Part shown: positions 9,157 to 16,671 of the stretch, one piece after another | How positions within the stretch are numbered: the first letter of the stretch is position 1 | Layout: each line of letters opens with the position of its first letter | Assembly (NCBI RefSeq): GCF_000186885.1 | Contig: NC_014972.1 | Location: forward strand, 3,120,001 to 3,152,000 | DNA length: 32,000 nucleotides | Source of the DNA: Desulfobulbus propionicus DSM 2032 | GTDB taxonomy: Bacteria > Desulfobacterota > Desulfobulbia > Desulfobulbales > Desulfobulbaceae | Reading direction: 5' to 3' | Made by a program: the position numbers and the translations under genes | Notes under the pieces: model-generated | Told to the model about the DNA's origin: nothing | The model's input: the letters and a program-made list of their open reading frames with translations, nothing else | Databases searched by the model: none

Positions 9157-9754
9157 CGCGGCGGTCCGGGAAGCGGTTCTGCGGCGGCTGGCGGATCAGC
9201 TCGACGATGCGGAGTTGACGCGCCTCTTTCCTGGCCAGCTCCCCGCCTCTCTGCGCCGGATCATTGCCGGCGGGCCGGGGAATGAACCTTCCCAGGCACC
9301 AGCGGCCACCGGGCCTCCCGCCACCGCAGCTGTGACCGCTCGTGCGCAAGGGTGTTGCCGGCTGTTCACCGATGGCGCTTCCCGGGGCAACCCCGGCCAG
9401 GCTGGTGCCGGGGCGGTGCTGCTCGATAACGGCAACGAGGAGCTGGCGGCCAAATCGGTCTATCTGGGCGTCTGCACGAACAATGTCGCCGAATACAAGG
9501 CCTTGCTCATCGGACTGGACGAGGCCCTGCGGCATGGCTGTACCGACGTGGCGGTGTTTCTCGATTCGGAACTGATCGTTCGCCAGATCCAGGGGCGATA
9601 CAAGGTCAAAAACGAGGCGTTGCTCCCCCTGTTCCAGCAGGTTCAGGAACGGCTCGACCGGTTCGCTGCCTGGTCCATCACCCATGTGCCCCGGTCGCAA
9701 AACGCCCGCGCCGACCAGTTGGCCAACAGGGGGATTGATCAACACGGCGGTTGA
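9146..9754 (+). CDS. RNase H (type 1) family protein with an N-terminal extension of ~65 aa
   Basis: DEDD-type residues occur in FTDGASRGNPG / AEYKALL / FLDSELIV / ARADQLAN. There is no in-frame ATG after the upstream gene. The TTG at 9146 overlaps the upstream stop and is the best candidate start, but the start remains uncertain. Confidence 0.7.
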   Translation: MTNDAAVREAVLRRLADQLDDAELTRLFPGQLPASLRRIIAGGPGNEPSQAPAATGPPATAAVTARAQGCCRLFTDGASRGNPGQAGAGAVLLDNGNEELAAKSVYLGVCTNNVAEYKALLIGLDEALRHGCTDVAVFLDSELIVRQIQGRYKVKNEALLPLFQQVQERLDRFAAWSITHVPRSQNARADQLANRGIDQHGG

Positions 9755-9789
9755 GGGTATGTTCATGTGCCGTCATGCCGCCGACCAAG

Positions 9790-10164
9790 CTAGAGGGGTG
9801 AATGCATGATCGCTCCGGCCTCGTGCCGGGGAGGAAAGTCCGAACACCACAGGGCGCGGTGGTTCGTAACGCGAACTCCGGGCAACCGGGGGAAAGTGCC
9901 ACAGAAAACACACCGCCGATGGGGCGCGCAGGCGCCCACAGGCAAGGTTGAAATGGCGAGGTAAGAGCTCACCGCCCCCATGGCGACATGGGGGGCAAGG
10001 CAAACCCCACCGGGTGCAAGACCAAATAGGGAGGCGTTTGAGGGCGGCCCGCCTGAAGCCTCCGGGTAGGTTGCACGAGATGCCGGGCGACCGGCATCCC
10101 AGTTAAATGATCATGGTCCGCTTTCGGGCGGAAACAGAATTCGGCTTACAATTCACCCCTCTTT
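9790..10164 (+). ncRNA. rnpB: RNase P RNA, bacterial class A
   Basis: Universally conserved GAGGAAAGTCCG (about 9830) and ACAGAATTCGGCTTA (about 10133). Internal GTGCCACAGAAAACACACCGCC and GGTAAGAGCTCACC segments are also present. P1 can form between AGAGGGGTGAAT (9792-9803) and ATTCACCCCTCT (10151-10162). Length is about 375 nt. The ends are approximate. Confidence 0.9.
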
Positions 10165-10174
10165 TTCTCACACC

Positions 10175-11380
10175 GTGGACAACAACACCCTGCAGCCGCC
10201 CTGTGCCGGGGTCATCATTCCGGCCGGGGGGATCGGCGCCCGCTTCGGCGCTTCCCATCCCAAACAGTTCCTCGACCTGGCCGGGACGCCGATGCTGGTG
10301 CGCACCTGCCGGGCCTTCCTTGAGGTCACCGCCATCCGCTGGCTGGTGGTGGCCGCTCCCAGCGCCTACCTGGATCAAACCATCGAGCTGCTCCACACCC
10401 ACTTGACGCCCGGACAGACCGATCGCCTGCGGGTGACCGTCGGCGGCGCCACCCGCCAGGATTCGGTACGCGCCGGGTTGAACGCCCTGCCGCCGGAGAT
10501 CGAGCTGGTCCTGGTCCATGACGCGGCCCGCCCCTTGGTCGACCGGGCCACCATTCTCCGCTGCCTGCGCGGGGCTGCCGAACAGGGCGCGGTGATCGCC
10601 GCGGTGCCGGTCAAGGATACGCTCAAAAACGTGGCCGATTCGGGCGTCATCCGCCACACCGTTGACCGCTCCGGCCTCTGGCAGGCCCAGACGCCGCAGG
10701 CGGCGCGCAGGTCGCTGTTGCAACGGGCCTTTGCCTGGGGCGAGCAGCAGGGCTTTGTCGGCACCGACGAGGCCTCGCTGCTGGAGGCCGCCGGTATCCC
10801 GGTACGGGTGGTGGAAGGCAGCGAACGCAATTTCAAAATTACCCGCCCAGAAGACCTGCGGTTGGCCGCCGCCCTGGTGCAGGAGGAACGGAGCATGAAG
10901 ATAGGTCACGGTTTCGATGCCCATCGCCTGGTCCCTGGCCGCAAGCTGATCCTCGGTGGAGTGACCATCGACTATGCCCTGGGCCTGGACGGCCATTCCG
11001 ACGCCGATGTCGTGGCCCACGCCCTGACCGATGCCCTGCTTGGCGCCCTGGGCGCCGGCGACATCGGCCGTCATTTTCCGGACTCCGATCCCCGGTACAA
11101 GGGAATCGACAGCCTGCTGTTGCTCGCCCAGGTGCAGCACCTGGCGGAAAGCCGGGGATACGCGCTGAGCAACGCCGACATTACCATTGTCTGCCAGCAG
11201 CCCAAGCTGGCGCCGCACCTGGCCGGAATGCAGATCAATCTGGCCCGCTGCTGCAAGGTCGCACCCGCGGCCATCAATATCAAGGCAACCACTACCGAAA
11301 AAATGGGATACACCGGACGAGGCGAGGGCATTGCCGCCCATGCCGTCGTCCTTGTGAGGTCTGAGCATGGATGTGAATAG
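10175..11380 (+). CDS. ispDF: Bifunctional 2-C-methyl-D-erythritol 4-phosphate cytidylyltransferase / 2-C-methyl-D-erythritol 2,4-cyclodiphosphate synthase
   Basis: The N-terminal half is IspD-like (VIIPAGGIGARFG, VLVHDAARP). The C-terminal half is IspF-like (IGHGFDAHRL.., GHSDADVVAHAL.D). The GTG start has no clear SD. Confidence 0.92.
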   Translation: MDNNTLQPPCAGVIIPAGGIGARFGASHPKQFLDLAGTPMLVRTCRAFLEVTAIRWLVVAAPSAYLDQTIELLHTHLTPGQTDRLRVTVGGATRQDSVRAGLNALPPEIELVLVHDAARPLVDRATILRCLRGAAEQGAVIAAVPVKDTLKNVADSGVIRHTVDRSGLWQAQTPQAARRSLLQRAFAWGEQQGFVGTDEASLLEAAGIPVRVVEGSERNFKITRPEDLRLAAALVQEERSMKIGHGFDAHRLVPGRKLILGGVTIDYALGLDGHSDADVVAHALTDALLGALGAGDIGRHFPDSDPRYKGIDSLLLLAQVQHLAESRGYALSNADITIVCQQPKLAPHLAGMQINLARCCKVAPAAINIKATTTEKMGYTGRGEGIAAHAVVLVRSEHGCE

Positions 11381-12512
11381 AGAACGACTGGCCGCCAACT
11401 TCATTGAACTGTGCGAAATCGACAGCCCATCGCGCCGGGAAGGACGCATCTCTCGGCGTTTGCAGGAACTTTTTCGCGACATGGGGGCAACAGAGATCAT
11501 CGAGGACGATTCCAGCGCCCAAACCGGTTCGGAATGCGGCAACCTGATCATCCGCTTCGACGGCACCTTGCCGCTGACGCCAATCTTCTTTTCCTGCCAC
11601 ATGGACACGGTACAACCCGCCGAGGGGGTGCGGGTCAAACGCAGCGGCGACCTGTTCACCAGCGCCGGCGACACCATTCTCGGCAGCGACGACAAATCCG
11701 GGATCGCGGCCTGCATCGAAGCCCTGCGACTGATGCGGGAAAACGGCACTGCCCACCGCCCGGTGGAACTGGTGATCACCACCTGCGAGGAGATCGGCCT
11801 GATCGGCGCCAAGGCCCTCGACCCGGCGCTGGTACGGGCCAAGGAAGGCTATGCCCTTGACTCCAGCGGCTTTGCCCGCGTTGTTACCCATGCCCCGGCC
11901 CTCAACCGGGTGTACATCACCATCAACGGCGTGGCGGCCCATGCCGGCCTCCATCCGGAATGGGGCGTCAATGCCATGATCCTCGCCGGTCAAGCGTTGG
12001 CCAAGGTGCGCAGCGGCCGCATCGACGAGGAAACCACGGTCAACTTCGGCACCATCAGCGGCGGCACGGCCTGCAATATCGTCCCGGAACGGGTGATGAT
12101 CGAGGCCGAGGTGCGCAGCCATTCGCTGGACAAGCTGGAGCGGGTGACGGAGGAAATCCGCGAGATTTTCAATGCCGCCATCGCCGCCTGGTCCGACCCG
12201 ACCGGTTCGGCCAAGGGCGTGCCTTCGGTCAACATCGAGGTGCGCCAGGATTTTTCCGTGATGGGGCTGAGCCCGGACAATCCGGTGCTACGGCGGGTGG
12301 AGGCGGCCGCGCGATCAATCGGCATGGAATTGAGTTACGAGAAGGCGGGCGGCGGCAGCGATGCCAATATCTTCAACGGCCATGGGCTGGCCACGGCGAT
12401 CATCGCCACCGGCATGACCAACGTCCATTCCACCAGCGAACAGGTGGAACTGCAGGACATGGTCGACCTGACCCGGCTGCTGATCGCCCTGTTGACCGAG
12501 CCGTCCTGCTAA
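11367..12512 (+). CDS. M20/M25/M40 family metallohydrolase (peptidase T-like)
   Basis: HMDTV, DDKSGIAA, TTCEEIGLIGA and GGSDAN motifs. The ATG overlaps the end of ispDF by 14 nt, and GAGG lies 7 nt upstream. Confidence 0.8.
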   Translation: MDVNRERLAANFIELCEIDSPSRREGRISRRLQELFRDMGATEIIEDDSSAQTGSECGNLIIRFDGTLPLTPIFFSCHMDTVQPAEGVRVKRSGDLFTSAGDTILGSDDKSGIAACIEALRLMRENGTAHRPVELVITTCEEIGLIGAKALDPALVRAKEGYALDSSGFARVVTHAPALNRVYITINGVAAHAGLHPEWGVNAMILAGQALAKVRSGRIDEETTVNFGTISGGTACNIVPERVMIEAEVRSHSLDKLERVTEEIREIFNAAIAAWSDPTGSAKGVPSVNIEVRQDFSVMGLSPDNPVLRRVEAAARSIGMELSYEKAGGGSDANIFNGHGLATAIIATGMTNVHSTSEQVELQDMVDLTRLLIALLTEPSC

Positions 12513-12527
12513 CCGGTACGGAAATGC

Positions 12528-13592
12528 TCAGCGGATGGACACCAGCCCCGGATCGGTTGCCCGAACCTCGCCGATAATCCCGCAGGCCGGCGCATACCCT
12601 TCCCGGCCGAGCCGCTCCAGCAACTGTTCGGCGGTTGCCCGATTGAGCGACAGCAACAGGCCGCCCGAGGTCTGCGGATCGTAGCCGATCATCTCCAGGC
12701 TGTCCATCGCCGGCAGCGCCGAGCGGACCCACTGCCGGTAAAATTCCCGGTTCCGGTAGGCGCCTTCGGGGATAATGCCCATGTCGGCAAATCCGCGCGC
12801 CTCGGCCAGGATCGGCAGTTGGGCTTGGTCAACATGAAGGGAAACCTTCGAGGCCTCGGCCATCTCGTGGAGGTGGCCAAAGAGGCCGAACCCGGTGATG
12901 TCCGTACAACCGTGGACCCCGGCCCGCAAGTTCTCATCCCTGTTGAGGAGTTCCATCGGCAGCCGGTTGAGGGTGGCCAGCAGTTCCACCAGCTGTTGTT
13001 CCAGCGCAGTTCCCGCCAATCCACCCTTGATCGCGGTCGAGAGGATGCCGGTGCCCAGCGGTTTGGTGAGCAGCAACACGTCGCCCGGGCGTGCGCCGCT
13101 GTTTTGCAGCACCCGCTGCGGATGGACCAGGCCGGTCACCGCCAGACCGTACTTCAACTCCGCATCCTCGATCGAGTGGCCGCCCACCAAGAGGGCGCCG
13201 GCCTCGCGGATCTTGTCCAGCCCCCCTTCCACCACCCGGCGGAACACCTCCTGCTCCATGGTTTTGACCGGACAGGCGAGAATGTTCATGCACAACAGCG
13301 GCCGGCCGCCCATGGCGTAGACATCGGACAGGGCGTTGGCGGCGGCGATCCGGCCGAAATCGTAGGGATCGTCGACAATGGGAGTGAAAAAATCCACAGT
13401 CTGGATCAGGGCGGTGGTGTCATCAAGGCGGTACACCCCGGCGTCGTCGCAGGTCTGCGTGCCCACCAGCAGGTTGGGGTCGTGTGGCAGGTCGAGTCCG
13501 CACAGTATCCGGCCCAGGTCCCCCGGGCCCAGCTTGGCGGCTCAGCCCGCAGCCTTGACGGTGGCGGTCAGTTTGATCGGTAGGGTAGTCAT
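12528..13592 (-). CDS. selD: Selenide, water dikinase (selenophosphate synthetase); selenocysteine-containing form with an in-frame UGA at codon 17
   Basis: The track ORF (312 aa) starts at an internal GTG at 13466. Reading upstream in the same frame from the ATG at 13592 gives [56 protein letters not shown]. This aligns residue for residue with the E. coli SelD N-terminus (..GAGCGCK..DPNLLVG..DDAAVY, from memory). The UGA (13544-13542) falls at catalytic Cys17, and Lys20 is conserved. Confidence 0.85.
13512..13530 (-). other. Candidate bacterial SECIS hairpin for the selD UGA
   Basis: On the mRNA, GGCCCGG-GGGAC-CUGGGCC forms a 7-8 bp stem with one G-U. It begins 11 nt 3' of the UGA. The fold was assessed only by eye. 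Confidence 0.4.
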
Positions 13593-13727
13593 GGCAGGGA
13601 TCGATGTTGAAATGTTCCGTGGTTCTTGCTGCAATATTCTGTGAGAATACCCGATATTTTGTTGAAAAAAAACGTGTAATCTGGTTGTAAATAACCTTCT
13701 TCAAGAGCGCTGGATCGACACAAGTAC

Positions 13728-13765
13728 AGGCACAAGGAAAATGTCCTTTGTGCCTTTCGATTTTT
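13728..13765 (+). terminator. Terminator- or attenuator-like hairpin in the purF leader
   Basis: AGGCACAAGGA-AAATG-TCCTTTGTGCCT forms 11 bp with one bulged T, followed by TTCGATTTTT. It ends 27 nt before the purF ATG. No upstream + strand gene exists for it to terminate. Confidence 0.3.
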
Positions 13766-13791
13766 GGCGCCACCCGACATTTTTGTAGGCT

Positions 13792-15228
13792 GTGGATATG
13801 AACACAAACGGACCACATCAGGATCTCTCGACAAAACCCCGGCATGAATGCGGTATCTGCGGGGTTTTCGGTCACCAGGATGCCGCCAAACTCGTCTATT
13901 TCGGCCTGTATGCCCTGCAGCACCGAGGCCAGGAGAGCGCGGGCATCGTTGCCGGCGACGGCAAGAAGGTCGTGCTGCACAAGGACATGGGCCTGGTGGC
14001 CGACGTCTTCAGCGAGCGCACCCTACAGCGCCTCTCCGGTCATCTGGCCACCGGCCACGTCCGTTATTCCACCACCGGCGAATCGAACATCATCAACACC
14101 CAGCCGTTCATGGCCACCCACAAGGGGCTCGCGCTCAGCGTCGCCCACAACGGCAATCTGGTCAATTCCATTGCCCTCCGCCGCCACCTGGAACAACAGG
14201 GATCGATCTTCCAGACCACCATGGACAGCGAGATCGTCATCCACCTGATGGCCCGTCACATCGACCGCGGCTTGCAGGAGGCGATCAAAACCACTTTTTC
14301 CTGCATCCAGGGCGCCTATTCGCTGCTGCTCATGACCCCGGACACCATGATCGCGGTCCGCGACCCCAACGGCTTCCGGCCGCTCTGTTTGGGAGTGCTC
14401 GACAACGGCGCCCATGTGGTCGCCTCCGAGACCTGCGCCCTGGACCTGATCGAGGCCGAGTACATCCGCGACGTCGAGCCCGGCGAAGCGCTGATCATCA
14501 ACGACAAGGGCCTGACCTCGCTCTTTCCCTGGGCGCCGGCGCAAAAGAGCTACTGCATCTTCGAACACGTCTACTTCGCCCGGCCCGACAGCGACGTTTT
14601 CGGCTTCAATGTCTACGCGGCCCGCAAACGGATGGGCGAAATCCTCGCCCGGGAAGCGCGCATCGAGGCCGACTTCGTCATGCCCTTTCCCGATTCGGGG
14701 AACTACGCGGCCATCGGCTATTCCAACGCCTCGGGCATCCCGCTGGAGATGGGCATGATCCGCAACCACTACGTCGGCCGGACCTTTATCCAGCCGACCC
14801 AGTCGATGCGCGACTTCTCCGTCCGGGTCAAACTCAATCCGGTTCGTTCGCTGCTCACCGGCAAGCGGGTGATTATCGTCGAGGACTCCATCGTCCGCGG
14901 CACCACCGGCCGCAGCCGGGTGCAGTCCCTGCGCCGCGCTGGCGCCGCCGAAGTGCACATGGTGGTCAGCTGCCCCCCCACCCGGCACGCCTGCTACTAC
15001 GGCATCGACTTCCCGTCGAGTTCGCAGCTGGTGGCCGCTGGCAACACGGTCGAGGGCATCCGCGACTACCTGGGGCTCGACTCGCTCCACTACCTCAGTC
15101 CCGAGGGGCTGGTGGAGGCCACCGGCCTGAGCCGCGACCACTTCTGCCTGGCCTGTTTCACCGGCGAATACCCGATCGAGCCGGACAAGACCTTTACCAA
15201 AGAGGCCTTTTCCGGCTGCGGTTGCTGA
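13792..15228 (+). CDS. purF: Amidophosphoribosyltransferase (glutamine-PRPP amidotransferase), propeptide type
   Basis: The Ntn nucleophile motif ..HECGICGVFG follows a 19-aa leader. Also present are YALQHRGQESAGI, the PRPP loop VIIVEDSIVRGTT, and C-terminal Cys residues (..CYYGID.., ..CLACFTGEYP) typical of [4Fe-4S] PurF. Confidence 0.93.
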   Translation: MDMNTNGPHQDLSTKPRHECGICGVFGHQDAAKLVYFGLYALQHRGQESAGIVAGDGKKVVLHKDMGLVADVFSERTLQRLSGHLATGHVRYSTTGESNIINTQPFMATHKGLALSVAHNGNLVNSIALRRHLEQQGSIFQTTMDSEIVIHLMARHIDRGLQEAIKTTFSCIQGAYSLLLMTPDTMIAVRDPNGFRPLCLGVLDNGAHVVASETCALDLIEAEYIRDVEPGEALIINDKGLTSLFPWAPAQKSYCIFEHVYFARPDSDVFGFNVYAARKRMGEILAREARIEADFVMPFPDSGNYAAIGYSNASGIPLEMGMIRNHYVGRTFIQPTQSMRDFSVRVKLNPVRSLLTGKRVIIVEDSIVRGTTGRSRVQSLRRAGAAEVHMVVSCPPTRHACYYGIDFPSSSQLVAAGNTVEGIRDYLGLDSLHYLSPEGLVEATGLSRDHFCLACFTGEYPIEPDKTFTKEAFSGCGC

Positions 15229-15244
15229 TCCCCCTGCCGGATGC

Positions 15245-15451
15245 ATGCCTGCGCTCGCCATCGACAGTTATCGTTGTAACGGCTGCGGCAGCTGCTGCGA
15301 GATGTGTCCCGAGGTGTTCGGACTTACCCCGCTCACCAGCAGGGCTCAACTGCTCAACCCCGATCAGGAAGTAACCGAGGACGTTCGTCGGGCTGCGGCC
15401 TTTTGTCCGAAGAAGTGTATCCTCGTCAGCGGGGAGGATATCGACGCCTGA
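15245..15451 (+). CDS. Small monocluster ferredoxin
   Basis: 68 aa with CNGCGSCCEMCP (CxxCxxCxxxCP) and a distal ..FCPKKC. It starts 16 nt after the purF stop. No obvious SD. Confidence 0.8.
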   Translation: MPALAIDSYRCNGCGSCCEMCPEVFGLTPLTSRAQLLNPDQEVTEDVRRAAAFCPKKCILVSGEDIDA

Positions 15452-15594
15452 CCAGACCAACGGGGCCAGCCTGCGTCGTCAGTCGGATTCCATCGATTCC
15501 CGGCCTGGACCATTCGTGCCGCGACGCCCCTGGGCGGGGTGCATCCTGTTCCCGTACGCGGAGCCAGTGAACCAACCCAAGCAAGGAGGCGACC

Positions 15595-16671
15595 ATGGAT
15601 CCCGCCGCGCTCATTCCCATTCCCGACGCCATTCCCGTTTCCTGGTGGTGGTTTCAGGCATTCCTGCTGCTCACCTTTTTTCTTCACCTTGTGGCCATGA
15701 ACGCGATGCTCGGCACAGCGTTCATTGGCCTGGTCAGCCATCTACGCGGTACGAACGATCGTGCCTCCTGTACCGAAGCGATCTCCAGCAACCTGCCCTT
15801 CACCATCGCCTTTGCGGTCAACTTCGGCGTGGCGCCACTGCTCTTTGTTCAGGTGCTCTATGGGCATCTCATCTACACCAGTTCCATCCTCATGGCGGTG
15901 TTCTGGCTGGCGGTGGTCGGACTGCTCATCATCGCCTATGGATTGGCCTATGTCTACAAAGACCTGTACCCCCGACTGGGAGACGCGCGGCTGGCGGTGA
16001 TCGGTTTAGCCACCCTGCTGCTGTTGGCCATTGCCTTTATCTTTACCAACAATATCAGTCTCATGCAGAAGCCGATCGCCTGGGATCGCTACTTCGATCA
16101 GCCAAGGGGCCTGCTCCTGGCCCTGGATGATCCCATGCTCTTGCCCCGCTACCTCCATTTCATGGTGTCCTCGGTGGCGGTTGGCGGCCTGGCCATCGCC
16201 CTCTTTTTCCACTGGCGGCAACGCGGCGGTGATCGCAACGCAGGTGCGTGGGTGGCTTCCGGCTGCCGGTGGTTCAGCTATGCCACCATGGCCAATTTTG
16301 CCGTCGGCTTCTGGTTCCTGGCCACCCTGCCCAAAGGAATGCTCACGACAACCATACCCGGCTTGCTCTTGCTCGCGACCCTGGTCGGCGGCATTGCCCT
16401 TTCCGTGCCGGCCATTGGCCTCGGCCTGGCTGGCCGGGCCCTCCCCGCCCTCTGGTGCACCCTGGGCACCATCGGCCTGATGGTGCTCGCCCGCAGTCTG
16501 CTGCGGACCGTCCTGTTGGCGCCTTGGTTTTCACCGGCGCAACTGCCGGTCAACCCCTCCTCCGCCCCCCTGCTGTTCTTCCTGCTCGTGCTTCTCGCCG
16601 GGGTGACGCTGATCGGCTGGATGGTGCGCTTCACCTTGCGTTCGTGCGCAAACCAGGAGGACCGGCCATGA
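15595..16671 (+). CDS. Polytopic membrane protein, CydA-like (cytochrome bd subunit I-like) paralogue without a Q-loop
   Basis: 358 aa with about 9 hydrophobic helices. AAGGAGG lies 5 nt upstream of the ATG. By-eye matches to E. coli CydA blocks: FFLHLVAMNAMLG vs YHFLFVPLTLG; AVNFGVAPLLFVQVLYG vs INFALGVATGLTMEFQFG; IFTNNISLMQKP vs ILVANGWMQNP; YLHFMVSSVAVGG vs KFVHTVASGYVTG. The function is unproven. Confidence 0.6.
   Translation: MDPAALIPIPDAIPVSWWWFQAFLLLTFFLHLVAMNAMLGTAFIGLVSHLRGTNDRASCTEAISSNLPFTIAFAVNFGVAPLLFVQVLYGHLIYTSSILMAVFWLAVVGLLIIAYGLAYVYKDLYPRLGDARLAVIGLATLLLLAIAFIFTNNISLMQKPIAWDRYFDQPRGLLLALDDPMLLPRYLHFMVSSVAVGGLAIALFFHWRQRGGDRNAGAWVASGCRWFSYATMANFAVGFWFLATLPKGMLTTTIPGLLLLATLVGGIALSVPAIGLGLAGRALPALWCTLGTIGLMVLARSLLRTVLLAPWFSPAQLPVNPSSAPLLFFLLVLLAGVTLIGWMVRFTLRSCANQEDRP

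Noticed and set aside
9773-10003. Small ORFs (63-77 aa) on the - strand between the RNase H-like gene and ispDF
   Set aside because: The interval is fully explained by RNase P RNA. The ORFs have no SD and implausible composition.
10103-11842. 579-aa ORF on the - strand opposite ispDF and the M20 peptidase gene
   Set aside because: It is antisense to genes with clear catalytic motifs. Its composition is biased (G/A/R/Q-rich), it starts inside rnpB, and it has no SD.
14023-15261. 412-aa - strand ORF and 508-aa + strand alternative-frame ORF overlapping purF
   Set aside because: purF (frame starting at 13792) carries all the family motifs. The overlapping frames give R/P/G-rich nonsense.
15449-15594. 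Possible UGA read-through (Sec) extending the ferredoxin ORF, since the frame stays open after its TGA
   Set aside because: The downstream translation is low-complexity with no Cys or redox motif, and no SECIS-like hairpin follows the UGA. The ferredoxin is complete at 68 aa. Open frames of this length are expected by chance at this GC content.
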